From NCBI GenBank assembly GCA_051294905.1, contig CM119372.1:11968001-12032000 (forward strand): DNA of 64,000 nucleotides, in the 5' to 3' direction. This DNA is from Botryllus schlosseri (taxonomy: Eukaryota). The number at the start of each line of letters is the position of its first letter. Position 1 is the stretch's first letter. The translations under genes and the position numbers were made by a program. Shown one piece after another: positions 1-17,883 of this stretch. The notes below the pieces were generated by a model. The model did no database searches, was not told the DNA's origin, and saw only the letters and a list, made by a program, of their open reading frames with translations.

Positions 1-3000
1 ATAGTTTCTATAACCGTGCCAAGGAACGGTAATTTCGTAGTTACAATTGAACATGATATATGACTTTTACCCGGGCCTGCGATAACTTAAGGTTGTACCA
101 TGACTTGAGCTTGTATCATGTATATTAATCCCCATTACAACAACCTATTTGATAGAGGTACACGTCATAGTTTGTATAGAAGTGTCAAGGAACGGTAGTT
201 ACAGTTGCGATGCAATATTTGACCATAAATCGGCAAGGTTTGGACAGCTAAATCATCGGTGATGGATTTCCTATTTCGTTATTATCAGATTGTGCTCAAT
301 ATTGCGCCAGCGAAAGTTGATACTCTTGTTGGAAGTGTTTTGGGGCAAAACCGGGTCGGAGAGTTTTGGTAAGACCACGTGACTCATGTAATTTGAGATT
401 ATCATCCGTATCGCTCATGCGATAACCGCTCAAGCATCTCGGAATTTTGCCATTCTGTGGATCGCGGCAACTACCGTGTAGGATCACGACAGCACAGTCT
501 GTGGGTTCTTAGATGTATAAAGTGACTGATTCTTTCCGTTCGATACGACTTCGCCGTTCACGACAATCCATAACAAATATTTGGAAATTTTCGGCCGCAA
601 GTTGACAACTGTTGTCACCGGAGTTGGCTTGGGAAACCGCAAGATCGCCACAACGTTAACAAGAAATGACCACTCATATTGGGATGATACGATGATAGTT
701 CGTATGGTTGTTTATATCAATGACGCCATTGATTTCATCTGACCAATCACCAGCACTACACACATCATTTGTAGGATATGAGGTGCTTTGTGCGCGCTGG
801 TTGGCGGAACCGTGTAATTATCGTATCGAGGATGACTCACATCCAAATGATAAGTACCGCCAGTCGGAAAATTTCTATAAATCGCCGATAAGGCAGTTCA
901 CAAAACGTCTAGAGTAGGCCGATATAAAAATGATACAGTACACACAGGTCTCTAATCTCTATCGAATCACTCGTTGATTTTCAGTATACTGGACGCATGC
1001 AAATGTAATGTATGTCGTCGCGGTGGAATCAAAGTAGCTTATGTCCATATTTTCAAATTTTAAGATCAATTCTTCAAACTTACGGAAAACCAAGTTTTTG
1101 TAAAAGTTTGATTTGTTTTTGGCCATATCTTGTTCATGTTTATTTTTATCACATTGTTTCAGAGTAAATCATGGTCAAGATGTGGTTTCACAACCTTCAG
1201 CCCGTATCAACCTTCCTGCCGGACCGCCAAAGATATCACAATTTTCTCAAAACTCAATTCTCAAATGGAAGAAATTTGGAATATTTTTTCTACATGGTGT
1301 TGTTATATGGAGGTCATGATCTACTAAAGACTACGTCACCATGCTGCAAGTGCAAGTGATGCGCGAAACTGTTTAAAAGCATATAGCCATAACCTAATGC
1401 CAGATTTATGTAAAAGATGAGAAGACTTATTATCCGTAATTGTTAGATTTCGACAGTATAGTTTAGGTACATTTGGCAGTACAATAGAAGCTAGCAAACA
1501 GCAAAGTCGCATATAATTGAATAGTATATTCATATTGAAACATATACTATTCAATTGTATATTGAAGTTCTGTACCTCCAAGAAGCTGTTCAAAGTCGCA
1601 TATGTTGGAAAAGAAACCGAACAATCAAAATCAAATTAGTGGTTTTTAACAGTACTCCACCTTGACATAACTTCGATCGAACTACGTGTATCAGGTTTGC
1701 TATAAAAGATACAACATTAAATGAAGTTTCCCATAATTGCTTTTGAGTTGCAACTATTTTTCGTAATTAAATATATTCATCATGAATAGTTTCAAACTCG
1801 CGCGGGAACGTTAAACCATTTCGAAAGAAAAATATGTTTAAAAGATATGGAATATGCATTGTTGATATATATAGGAAATGCGTGATAAGAGATCAAAATG
1901 TGTTGTTTTTCCATAAAATTTCAATAGCCGAACTAATCCAGTGACTTCTAAATGAGGAATCATGCTCGTGAGTATTAATTTCATCGTCTAAGTATTTACA
2001 GTTACGGTACGATTTCTTACTGATACATTCCGCCCTTGGCATAAACACCTAACCGATATTCATTAACATAAAATAGTTCTTATCTAGTTTATAAACACTC
2101 GGGCGAATGGGCCACAAACAATAAGAATCGATCAAACATTCCGACCATCCGCGAGGAGTAACCCGTTTCTCACCGCTGGAGGTCGTGCTGGTTGCCGTAG
2201 CTGTTTCCGTCTTGCCAGTTCCAGCGCTCACTCGATGGTGACGTAACGACACTTCAAGGTTGGTCCTCTCGTCCTCCGGTATGTAAAGGTTCCCTTCCTG
2301 ATTCTTGCTTCCCTTCACATCCGCCGGCGATGGTGAACGGCTTCTGAAATGCAATTCAATTTACAATATGTAGCTCTGTACTGAGATAAGCTTGGATTTG
2401 AATTTCAATTTCATTGTGACTTATCAATGAATTCCAGCCATGAATATTTGAATTTAGATTTGGAACAAAAATGCTGAATGGGATTAGGATTTGGAAACTT
2501 TGAATGCCCTTATCTCATATCCATAATATATCGGTGACCAGACCAGCTACAACTACAATCAATAATTTGTTGTCGTAATGAAGAATCGTCAGGACCTTGA
2601 GCTGATATCTATTTTAAGAGTCTTTCAACTTCTGGTATTTGACCTTTAACTCCATTTCGGACTCTTGTCATCAATATTGAGCTGCTTTGAAATCCGTCAT
2701 CAAATGGGACATTCTGCACGGAAATCTCGTCAGAAGCAGGATAGCATTCGTTATCATCGGAACAATTTGTATTCCCATTAATCTTGATCGCATGCATTGG
2801 AAGTATTGCATCGGAAGTAAGTTGGTTAGGGTTTGTCATGGACAAATTCTCGCAGTCGCAATCGATTGCCAAACGAAAGGCTCACACAATTCAATCAGAA
2901 ACACTAACGCGACAACTTGAGTTTATGACTTCGGGCTAAAAAGAAAACGTTTTTCAGTCCTCTACATCGACTGCAGAACTACTTTCGCAATGTGCTTGCA

Positions 3001-6000
3001 TGTGTCGACTCACTACGCATTATCTCGCGCTAACATAAGGATAATCCAATCCAATAATTCAACTACATTACTCTAAAACTAGATAGTCTACAATGTAACC
3101 AATGTACAGTCTACCTCTACATTGCACCACTCACAACATTATTGAATGAACATTGAAACAGCATAGAAATAAAAATACATACCTGGTGCAAGCAGCGTCG
3201 GTAGTGGATGAAACTTGGAATTCGTCGCATTTATTGTTACAAACAGGAGAAAACGCTGATTCGCTGCCCGAAGAAATACTTCCAGCTCGTCGCAATTGTG
3301 GGTATAGCGGAGTAGGGTGGGCGCAATTTGCCGCCGCGAAATATTTCTGTTTCTCCAAGTACAAATCCTCACGATTGACTGTTTTGATTTTCGAGTCGGT
3401 GATCGTTAATTGATGTTCTTGCGTGCCGATGTATCTTTCCATATCATGAAGGTTGCTCGACGTGGCATTTCCCCAATGTCTGGAGCTACTTAACTAACTA
3501 CAATCGTAAGGCAGCTAACTTCCTTCTTGAAGACTTACCTAATGCCTATGCTGTATGACGTATCATCGTTAATTATACAATAAAAGCGAGCTTTATGTAT
3601 TTCACTTTCATGATGCCGATCTCCAATTAACAATGCCTTCGTACGACCCTTGCTGCGATTTGGGAACGGTGGATTTTAAAACAGCTATCCTGTCGTGATG
3701 TGCTGACGATCTGCAGGCCTATACGTTCCGGCGTTGACTTACGAGAAATTATTATTCTTATGTTATGTTTATTCTTTGCAATAGCTAGTTATCTGCTTAC
3801 TATATAAAAGCCTCCCTTTGTATATCCGCGATCAATCCTCGCCGGTGTCGGTAAAGCGAATTCGACCATAGCGCGACTCGATAGACTGTAACGGTAATAC
3901 AATGCGAGAGCGAGATAGACATTCAGTCCTTTCACCCTACAACAAGGTAACATAGCAGATTTTAGCTGTCTGCGATAAAAAGCAACTGTTTTTCTCCTCG
4001 TCACAGCCTAAAGATTTTCCAGCGCATCAGATTTGACCCACGAATCCGATTAGGATTGTAAAAATGTCTGAACTCTAACTAGCCGGTCTTTACGTGAATA
4101 TTATAATATCGCCGAGACAAGTGCAAACTGAATAATCGAGATATAATTCGACAGAGCTCCTTGTAAGTAAGGTCTTTTTGACGGTTCGCTATCATTTTAC
4201 TCTGGGCCATCTAGTCATGCCGGCATACATTCTTGGCCAGTCGGAGGTTCTTGACTGAGTAATGAGTATTGGTACAGTCAACTAACTCTGTCTGAAGCTA
4301 AATCTTCACTTCATTGTAGCAATAGTCAACACTCAATCAAGAATCTCTATTGCCGCACTTGGTCTAAGGCTAAACCCTTGCTTATTTATAACACCAAGAA
4401 GGATAGTATCTTTAAAAGCGAAATAATCTTTGTTTAGTAACGTTTTAGCGTCAATACAAAATGAAATGCGATCTCAGTTCTCCCACGAAATTCACCCTGA
4501 AGCGATTTTTGTCACACTCCGTGAATGTCATGCATCGTTTTCTAGCATTACTGTAGTGTGATAGATTTTATTCTTCTTGGTATTTTCCACAAGATATTTT
4601 GCTTTGCTTCGACTACTTTACGACTATAGTTATTTTGCACCAGCCTGCACAATGCACAATTGCACAATATGCGCATATTGTCCAGGTTGTGATTTTGGAT
4701 TTGCGTATTGGCGAACATTCGTTGAGCGGAGCAAGACGGGTGATTTTCTCCACAATTGTGACTCGCTAGCGACATCATGTTTATTTGGTTGAAATTAAAC
4801 ACCCCGTTAGATGAGACACCCGGACGTCATTGTATTCTATGATTAATTGTAAATAAGATTTTAAAACTGCGTCAATGTATGACATGTAATTTTAGCCGTG
4901 GATATCAGTATTAGAATAATTTCATTTCCATAATTTCGAATTCAATCTGGCACAAGAATAGCAGTAAAGTGAAAAGTATACCTAAAATGAAGGAGTCGAC
5001 ACAACTTGGTGAAGTCAACATTCAAACTCCCACTCCCACCATGGCCTACAAATCTAGTAAAAATGGAAGAGCGCATTTCAAGAAGCACGCGCACTCCATT
5101 TCGCAAATTGTCTACTCTGAGTTATTTACGAGGAATTAAGGCGTTGGGCAGGGAATCAATCAATCAATAATGTTTTCATCATTTCAAAACATCACAAAAC
5201 CGCGATACAATGAAAAGATAGGAAGGTGTCGAAACGACTTAGAGTAGTCTTTGGGATCAGACACACACCTTGGCCTCCTAGGCGAAGTGAAGAAGAGGCA
5301 TGCACACTGCACAGTTGCACACTGAATGAAAAGTAAAACAGAGAATATAAAAGGCAAGCGACAAAATGAGGTGGCATGTGGCGAAAGGCGAGATCGATGT
5401 TAGGTGTTAGGTCGCGGTCCGGTAATCCTGAAGGCTGACTAGTATTCATTTAGAAGAAATTGCTTGTAATTCGACTCGAATGGGGAAACAATGGGTGACA
5501 GCACTTATATAGTCAAAGCCCGCACCCGACTATCCATCCATATATGCCTCACACACTCGCGCCAACCCTCATTAAGAGGGCCATTGACTGTTTTGCTTTG
5601 ATGGAATATCATAGCAGCTGTGATGTTCGAGTCGTACTCTTACTGCAACTACATTTGACCGCAATGTACTAACACACCGGCGATATTTTGAGTCACTAAT
5701 CCATATTCAATACTCCTCTATGCGGAGCAAATTATAGGGAGTGACACTGCGGAACATGAGGGTTCCATAGGTTCAAATACGCTCACTTCGTTACTTTTCA
5801 AATCTGGCGGTCGTGGCGGAGCTGCCAAGAGAATCAGACTCGGAGTATCTCCATAGTTACCATATTAAATATGGACTACCGACATCCTATGTCTATCTCC
5901 CTACGAACTATTTCTGATTCCACAACATCTTATCAAGACCTCTGAATACCCCGACATAACTATTGCTCGGCGACCAAGAACAGAACAGTTTCACACCATA

Positions 6001-6162
6001 TCATAGTTTTATTGCGGAAAGCGCTGTACCTACAGCATTCACTACTGTCGTATTCGAATGACCATCACATCGAGCTTCATGATTCGGGACATCACACGCA
6101 ATAAAATTTGGCTTTGAAATATCCGCTAAAATCAAAATCATTGACAGGAGGACATCGCCTTT

Positions 6163-9359
<3,197 letters not shown>

Positions 9360-11808
9360 GATTGACGACTAGTTGATGTTAATTGATATTTAATAATTTA
9401 TTTCCTGCAGAAGATATTATTGATGTTGAAGAGAGAAATAAAATCCATTTTTCATTGCAAAAAATAAAATGACAAACATTTCAGATATCGGTAGGCTACT
9501 TGATTAAACTATACACAGTTCAAAAAAATATTGACCGATCACAGTAGCGAAATGAAGATCAAAACATAAGAATCGTGATATGAAATGAGCAAAGGTAGAT
9601 GCATTGAATGCGCAGTAACATAATGTAGGCCTATCTGCATTATGATTGGAGTGATTATCCAGTCTACTGCATAGCTGTATGTAGTCATTTGATAAATATT
9701 TGACTAATTGCGCTACAACAGTGAATTGCCAGTGAAGATATAAGAGCACAGCACGAATCGGATTAGTTATGGAAAATATGAAATATGTAGCTTTATCATA
9801 AAACAAGATATGTTGGCAGGCACTGGTTCATATCAGGAATACTGTTCGCTTTTATAGCATTCAACACGATAGTTACAATACTGGGTTTCAAATATAGAAT
9901 TGTTAATTAAATTCAAAGCCCAATATTGAGAGCAATTAGATCACTGACATTTGAGAATCAGAATCGTGTTTAGTACTGGATTCCGCAATATGCCTCAATG
10001 CAAATATGAAGTAAAGGTAAATTCATTCATAGATCCTCTCCAACACAAAATATTTGAATGTACAAGTGATGCTATATGCTGGAGATGAATATCATCATAC
10101 AATATACCCAGTTTGTAATCCTAGTACTTTCAGCGCAATACATTTGGTGTGCCAAGACAGCCCCCAGTACCACACCGTGCGTGCAGTTTGTAGAATCTTT
10201 AGTGTGCATGAGACACCGATTCTATACTGGCACTATTCAGTCAGATTTATAGGTGTCGACTTACCGCAACACATAACCTATATCCTCAAACACCATTGCT
10301 TTCCCATCCATTGAAAGATTAAATGTCTGGAAAATCACTCTCCGAATTGATTAAAAACATGTTCCCAGCCTTCAAATTAAATCCATACCAAACTGTCGAG
10401 AATATAAACAAGTCACACACTGGTATCGTGACTATCGTCGCTGTAAATACGTAAACTGCGACAATATTCAACACGTCATGTGAAATCCCTACTCGAGTCC
10501 CTGGTGTTTCATCTCTCCTTGTCGCTAATTTGAATAGGTCACACTCTAATGTATTCCGAATCAAGCAAACCTAGAACTGTGGTAAAGTTTAACACGTCAT
10601 GGAATCCCAACTAGAGTCCCGGGCGACACTTCTTTTATAATGTCTTGGGTTTATATTGAACACCTAATATTTCATCAGCATCGTATAAATCATACATCAG
10701 TTCCGTCACAATAAGATTACGGAACAATTATATTTACATTGTACACCTAATATTTCATCATCATCGTATAAATCACACATCAGTTCCCTCACTGTAAATT
10801 ACGGAACAATGCCTCATTTCAGTTCCTCCAGAAACCTTGACATCGAGTACAAACAACATATGCAAAAATGAACCAAACCAAATGTGTTATGCACATTGCC
10901 TACGAGGTAACAGCCGCTGTTTTGATTGGAAACTTTTTAAGGCGGGTCGTTACGGTTGTGATCACCACGTAGGGAGGATATTTACTAACCATAACCACGG
11001 AGACAACGCTACACTATATCCAGTAACTAACTTATTCAGTCATTTCATCGCTCAAAAACTGTAACGATGCTAAACGAATCTTGTCAAATTCGCTCTAGTT
11101 CATATTCCCAAAACATGCCGATTTCATGAAACAGGTCTTCCGTTCCCAGCAGGAATGTACACAATAACATAATTGTATCAACCATTCCCAGTACGTAAGT
11201 TCAATATTTAAGATCAAGATTTCAGACCCATTCGCATTTGTAAATAACTGCCAATACCGCACATCTTCTCTTGTAGCCCTACATCAGCGGTTCTCATCAA
11301 ACCACCGCACTTCGCTTCAGCAACCAATATTTAAATTGCCTATGAAAGAAATTGCGTCAAGAGAGTAAATATTAATAACTATTCAACCACAAGTGATATA
11401 TATGTTAACATTTGTATAGAAGTGGTTGACCGCACGTCTTGCCGTGGCCCGCCTCGAAATATGGTGAAAAGCTGTCCTCTGGTGAGGTAATCGTGACTAG
11501 CTTACAGCTATGGATTGCCAAAATCCTGGAAATATATCATTACTGTTCTGATTTGTTCCGGCAGTGGATTAACTAAATGCACCCAATCCCACAATCCACA
11601 TCAAGAAAATCAATCACAGCAAATCCCAAACTCCACTCAACAATGACCTATTTTGGATACGGCTCAAAAAAATCAATTCAAATAAAAAAGCACTCGAAAA
11701 TCGTACTGTATTCGATAAAATACGGAGGCGAGAAAACATTATTGCAAATCGAACCCGAATAGGGTCAGCACAAAAGGGCAGAACAACAAACACATCGGCC
11801 CAACAGAA

Positions 11809-14800
11809 TCATCCGAAAATATAATCCATAGCCTTCGTTAAAACACCGCTCGATTTCTGCGGCGTCCGCACGTCGCTCGTAACCTGCCAAACAACAACAG
11901 CGATGAACAGAGCACAAAATGACAGCTCCCTTCAACAAAATTACCTTGTTGCTACCGGAGGCAGCATTGTAAGCAGCAGTCAAGGGACGGATCGTACAAG
12001 GTTTCGGGCTGTTGACGGAACTCACTGAGCTGTCAAACTTCCTGGTGTCTACAATAGGAGACGATAGTGTTTGGGACGACTCTTGCTGCAATCGTGACAC
12101 CGGATCGCACACGTTTCGGTTGACGACCGTCTAAACAAATGATATCCAAGCTCGCTCCTAAAACTCCACTGGACACAGCCGTATCAAACTTACGAGATCA
12201 ATGCACGGAGCGACGCCTATCATGAGATTGCCCGGGAAGATCTTTCCCGATTTGCTCAGGGCTTTGCGAGCTTGGAGTTTGCTTTCGAACCGTATGTTGA
12301 TCCAGTTGCCTTCATCCGGCGCGGAGCAATGTTCCAATATCACTCCACATTTGGAAAACTGTTGTAAAATGTACGAGTTGGCAGTCGGAGGAAACCTGGT
12401 TAAAAAAAGCGATGTTCCATTGAAAGCCGTGCAATGCTTCTTGAGTTAACACGATTTGATATTTATTGTCTATCCCAGAAGTGTAATCGGCAGCGTTGCT
12501 ACTCAAGTAGAAGTAGAAAACAGAGATCTGAAAGCAGTCAAGTAGTTTCAAAAAGTAGATTTGCTCCCTGGGTCGCACACTTCTAGCAGTTAATCGGAGG
12601 TGACAATGGCACTAAAAATAGGTTCAATTTTCGAATCTGTATTCAGTTATCCTCGTACAGGGCTATGACAGAGCCGTGCATAAGCGTGATGCAAGCGTGT
12701 TTCAAAACTACTTGCTACTTTACAAAATCCAAAGTGCAGAAAGTTATTAGTTTTACCAAAAACTGTCAAGTAGAAAGTAAAGTGATCAAGAAACATAAGC
12801 ATTCGAGTAAGTAGTAAAAGTAGGCAATTTCTACCTAATAAGTCGCCGAATTGTCCAGTGTCTACATTCAAGTCGGAATACAAGCAATACAATACTGAAT
12901 GATAATAGTCAGCTCTTTTACCGGATCATGACCTGGCATATCGAGCTCGCCTTCTAGCACATGCCGCCTCATTTTGTCGCTTGTTTTTTTATAACATCTT
13001 ATTTTCCTGTTCATTCAGTGTCCATGACATCCATATATGCCCTCGCACCAGTAACCTCACGAAGAAATCAATCGACTATGCCGGTCCTGTTATTTGGAAT
13101 TCTATACCTACATCCGAAGGAGACCTTCCATATCACTCATTTAAAAAATAATTATTCAGACACCTCATCTCCTATTACTGACTCCACTTGTCCCAACCCA
13201 ATTTTTTCATGTTATTATTAGTATTCATTTCACGCTATACAGAATTTGATGATCCCGTAGGCGTAGTATCCGTAGGCGTAGTTGTTGAATGCAGGGTGGG
13301 ATCAGACCAGTTGACCTTACGCAGCATTCGATCACACCCTGTCCTACACCGTTAAGTTTCTTGTTATTATGTCATTTTCTTTCAATAAATATTTCTCTCT
13401 CTCTCTAAATAAATATCGCCTAGGCCCAGTTGGGTGTCAGATTCCAAAGACTACTCCAAGTCATTTCGACACATTCCTATCTTTTCATTGCATCACAGTC
13501 TTGTGGTGTTTTGAAATGATGAAATTATTAATAAACTGACACCGATACATACTGAGAACTCGGAGAAGTACAAGTGGTTCGTAACTGACCGCCTATGTGT
13601 AATTACTGGTCACAAACTACAAGGGGTGGAAAATTCATCGACACAAATGTTCCAGATAAGGTTCACATTGTTCAGTCGTAAACGGTAATTCATTACGCCG
13701 AAGTAACTTACATAGGAACTTGAAACTTTCCATCAATCAAGTAAAGCCCCGACTTGGAGAAGAAACTCACCCAAAAACAGTGACCCATGTGTCGTCAAGT
13801 TTATTTTGACTCGTAAGTGCTTCGCCTTGAGTGTAAAATGGATCTATTTGCGCGGGTGATGGAGGGGTTCTGATAGCCGGCGAGTTTGGATCCATGGAAG
13901 ACACGAGACTTCTCGGCGGTATCGACGATCTATTGAGTCCTGAGAGTGAAAAATGCAGCATCGCACCAATCCATACCAATACTCAACGTCATAGTAGGGC
14001 TTACGGGGAGTATGATTTTCGGATCGAAGTGATGAATTCGCTTTGACGGGCACATCTATTACTCCAGATCGGTTACAACTGCCAGGGTGGAACGGCGAAC
14101 TGCGGGTGTCGTCGTCAGTCAGAGAAGAAACGGGCGGTGCCCCTACTTTGTCTTTCGATTGCATTGACGATGCATTCACTCTAGATCTGAAAGCAGTTGT
14201 TAAAATCAACTCCGGCGTCACTGACAAGGGCGCGATATCTAAAATACCTTATCATCTGGCTGAACTTACTGCCAGGTGACATGCTAGTGCATGTTGGAGA
14301 TGTCGTAGCGCCGGGGGTGCCGAGCGCTGGCGATATCAGCAGCGAATGTGATTGGCCCGTCGCATTCAGAGAACGGTTGAGAACTGGTGACTAAATGGTG
14401 ACAAAGGAGAGTTTATGTTGAAATATGTGTAGGATGGTACTTCATTGAAACGAAGTGTTGCGCTAATAGCGAATGGTCACATGAAGTTAACAATCCACCT
14501 GTGCAGATCGATACCGTTCATCGATATTGACAGAGATTGGATTATTTCAGAGTGTACCTCAAGTGTGAACACTAGGGTTATGACTTGAAAAAAAAATCGA
14601 CTGTAGCAGAAATTAATGAACATTAAATCAAAAGAGACAAAGGCTATGAATTCTGCCATTGGCGAACATTTGTTGGATAATTCTGTTCACAAGTGATTAA
14701 AATTACCGCTCGAGATGACAGATTTTGCGTCGTCGGAAGAGGCCCTTCACACTTTCATTTGTGTGCCTCGGAGCCGACTTACCGGTATATCACTTATAAA

Positions 14801-16428
14801 ACATGATTTCCACACAAATCAAAAATATTTACCTGTAAATCAATGCGACTACTGCAGTAAATTTCATGCCAGTGTTGTCATATTTCGTGATACGATTTTT
14901 GACATGCAGTGTTCTTTCCAATTGTCTACTAGTGGCTGACAATTACCCCCGACGAGTGTCAGCCGAAAATATTCGGGTTCATTTCAATTTGAATATATTT
15001 TTGAATTGTATATAGTACCGTTCATGGGTATTGATACCTCGTGTTTTGTTTCTGTTATTGGCTTGGTTTTAGCGCACGGTGTTAGTTGTTGTGGGGAACT
15101 ATCTCTGGCAAATAGTTGCTCTTACGTTGTTGGTGGATTGTGCGTATACAATTGGTGTTCAGATGAGAGGAAGCTCACACTTAACAATGTACTTCTTCAA
15201 AAAGAGAATCATAAATCTATCCACAAACACACCCATAAATGGCTTCAAGTCAGTAACACTCATACCAGAACAAATACCCAGCCTCGGCCTGGCTCAAGAT
15301 GCAGACATGATGGCATAAATCTGAAGAAAAGGAGGGCTGTTATAGCTGTTGACTATGTTATTTATGACAGCTACAGATCATTGCCTACCAAACACGGCCA
15401 CAGGCGTAGCTAGGACGAAAATTCGAATGAGTGAAATTCTGAGCATTAAGATTACGGTATGTAATGTACAGAATATTCATTGCAAGGTACGTTAAACAAT
15501 TAACATCATAGAGCTCAAGGCAAAAATCTGCAGAGGACATTTGCCACATGGCTATGTAACTGTTGTCTACCTTATTAGGCACAACTTATAACTGCTACCC
15601 ACAAAGCTGCAATCATGCAACAACACAGATATCCGCAGTACGCATGCACAAGCTGCATTCAACGAAATAAAATACTTTGTCTCAAGTATACCTTAAGTAT
15701 TTGTTCAACAAACTATAGGGTTACCATATTTTGGAATCGGGAAAGGAGGATTTCAAAATTAGAAATACTGGAGGAAAATCTTGAGATAATGGTCAATTTT
15801 TCTCACTTCGTGGTTGAAAAAAAATGGTCAACTTTCTCGCTCAGTGCTCAAAATACAGTTTTTCTTTCACATTATCAGGTGATTGACTAGAAAAAAAGGT
15901 CAACTTTCCGGCTCAGCTCCCAAAATAGCCACAGGAGCGTTACTTCAGTGCTGATTTACTGTATTTCAGTCGAATTCGACCTACATTCAACAAAAATCCC
16001 CACAAATGAGGTCAAAATCTTGAAAAGGAAAACATTTAGGCGCCCTGGGAGGACATTTTCAAAAACCTGAAAAAGGAGGACAAATCCTCCTAAAGGAGGA
16101 CGTGTATGGTAACCCTAACAAACTATAACTTTCTCAACGCTCAGTCCGACATAACAACTATGATACAATAAAGTCACACTAGCAAAGAAAAAAAACTTGC
16201 ACGTCTTCTACAATTATTTGCTCACCTTCTTACCCACACCTGGATCCCCCATTAGATAGCCGGGAAGGTATTGACCACCAGCATGTTGCTGGAATGGAGT
16301 TGTATGAGACGTTGGAGATACGTGGCTCACCGGTGAGCCGAGAGTCATTGGCTCTGAAAATGATATATCATGTAAACATACCACGAATCAGGCAGACATT
16401 TTCCAGGTTTCATACCGTGGTTGTCCAT
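11809..16428 (-). CDS. NUP35: Nucleoporin NUP35/Nup53 (8 coding exons)
   Basis: Exons 16428-16416, 16353-16226, 14390-14248, 14186-14005, 13939-13771, 12395-12194, 12130-11945, 11883-11809 splice in phase. Motifs: [37 protein letters not shown]-like WVTVFGFPP...[25 protein letters not shown]...[14 protein letters not shown]-terminal KAMDYIFG*. Confidence 0.95.
14640..14995 (+). mobile_element. Penelope-like 3' remnant (same family as 43428-45283)
   Basis: aattctgccattggcgaacatttgttggataat...cacactttcatttgtgtg matches 44690-44790; cagtgttctttccaattgtctactag plus the hammerhead matches the pLTR. A further pLTR scrap lies at ~1515-1592. The 5' boundary is approximate. Confidence 0.75.
14945..14978 (+). 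ncRNA. Hammerhead motif copy with U4>C variant, in the PLE remnant in a NUP35 intron
   Basis: accc-ccgacga-gtgtcagcc-gaaa-atat-tc-gggt, identical to 45224-45257. Confidence 0.6.
15716..16117. mobile_element. hAT-like MITE (TAGGG termini) in a NUP35 intron
   Basis: tagggttaccata / tatggtaacccta; TSD acaaacta at 15708-15715 and 16118-16125. A diverged relative lies at ~49272-49636. Confidence 0.88.
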
Positions 16429-17162
16429 GAACTTCGTAGGCGATAAAATGACAAAAATGTACTAAACCAGGTTTCTACCAAGGGGCTATTCGAACTTGCG
16501 ACCTAACACCGACTATCGGAGCTACAACTTTCAACGGCGAAATCGCTATATCTCTGGATTGAAATGAATGGCGCGTGTTTTGTTAATAATTTTAGAAAGT
16601 CGCATACCGCCAGCTGTCAGAAAATTGTGCGAAAGTCGCTCTCCACTGGATCGCAACAACGAGCCTAGTGGTATTGACCATTGAGCTTTGAAGAATCACG
16701 TCAGCCGCAATAGCGTATTTTAGTGTTATTGGAAAGAAGTCTATATTTCGCCGACACTTAAATAACCTACGGTGGGATTCGTATGAAAATTTACCAGTTT
16801 GGTTCGTGTAGTGAAATTTTGCTGGCGTGAAGGTGTCGTTCAGAAGAAATAGAACAGAACACCAGATGAATTTTCCGACCGCTGCTTCGCTTGAGATTCT
16901 GTCAAGTTTTCACTAATTTCCAAATCCTCGATACCATATACGGCCGGTAAGGTGACGAGCCATTGAATATTATGCATAAAGCTTTTAGGTAATGACATTA
17001 AATCTATACTATACAGAAATTTGGAACAGACTCAACGTAACTATATCGCCATGGTGGAATCAAAGTAGTTTATTTCCATTTTTCAAATATATAGAAATCA
17101 AGCTTTTATAAAATTTTCGTTTTTTTCATCTCGGTCATGATTGTTTATGTTTATCAACATCC

Positions 17163-17560
17163 GGGGAGATAGCGTAGTGGTGAGCGTTGGTGGCACTATA
17201 GAGGATGTACAATGTACATCCTACATCCTACATCCTCTATAGTGGCACTAGTACAGGCGACCCGGGTTCAAGTCCCGCCGTCGGATCTTATTCTGGGCTC
17301 CTCGTCCCCCGTATCGCTGTTCTTACATCGACAAAAATGGCCGATGAAGAATGAAAGAGAGAGCGACTAAAAGTACTGACCAAGATGAAAAAGACTCTGA
17401 AATCGGGCGCTAGGCCGATGTGGATGCCAGATCAGGAGTTCACATACTATGGTAGTTTCGGCATCCTCATCTCTGCTCATCTATCGCATGTGGGCTACGT
17501 TCTATGAGTGTGTTGGGCAGATGAATATGAATTTGTTTCAAAATTATGGTCGAAAGAAAA
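17163..17560 (+). mobile_element. tRNA-derived SINE, second family, interrupted by a 45-bp TIR insert
   Basis: ggggagatagcgtagtggt (A box) ... ggttcaagtcc (B box). The 3' end is approximate. Confidence 0.55.
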
Positions 17561-17883
17561 CCAAAACTTTACATAAAAATGCGTAAAATTGACATAAGTT
17601 ACTTTTTCAATTCAATTCAAATTATTACTAAAATTTCATTATTCCGCAGTGGAACTGATACATAAACTTGGTACTTTCTAGTTTCCGCATATCTTTTATG
17701 TTTAGGACACCGAATCTCAGACTCGAGTCACCTTTTTCGTATGACTTGACTTGACTCGACTTGGCGTTTCAGAAATGTGGATTGACTCGTGACTCGAATA
17801 AAAATTTCGATTCATCAAGTAATTGTTGTCGATTAAATCGCTGTATCTTTCGTATGTTCTGATTGTTCTCGATACGCTGGTAG

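Noticed and set aside
296..3442. Possible multi-exon minus-strand gene (ORFs 3131-3442, 2609-2872, 2049-2354)
   Set aside because: There is a good donor at 3182, but the acceptors I tried give in-frame stops and no domain is recognisable. It may be real but cannot be supported without transcripts.
10460..10810. Local duplications (~83-bp tandem at 10660/10743; aacacgtcatg...gagtccc twice); a similar ~72-bp duplication at 20640-20770
   Set aside because: Two-copy local duplications without TIRs, TSDs or a structural motif; no function can be supported.
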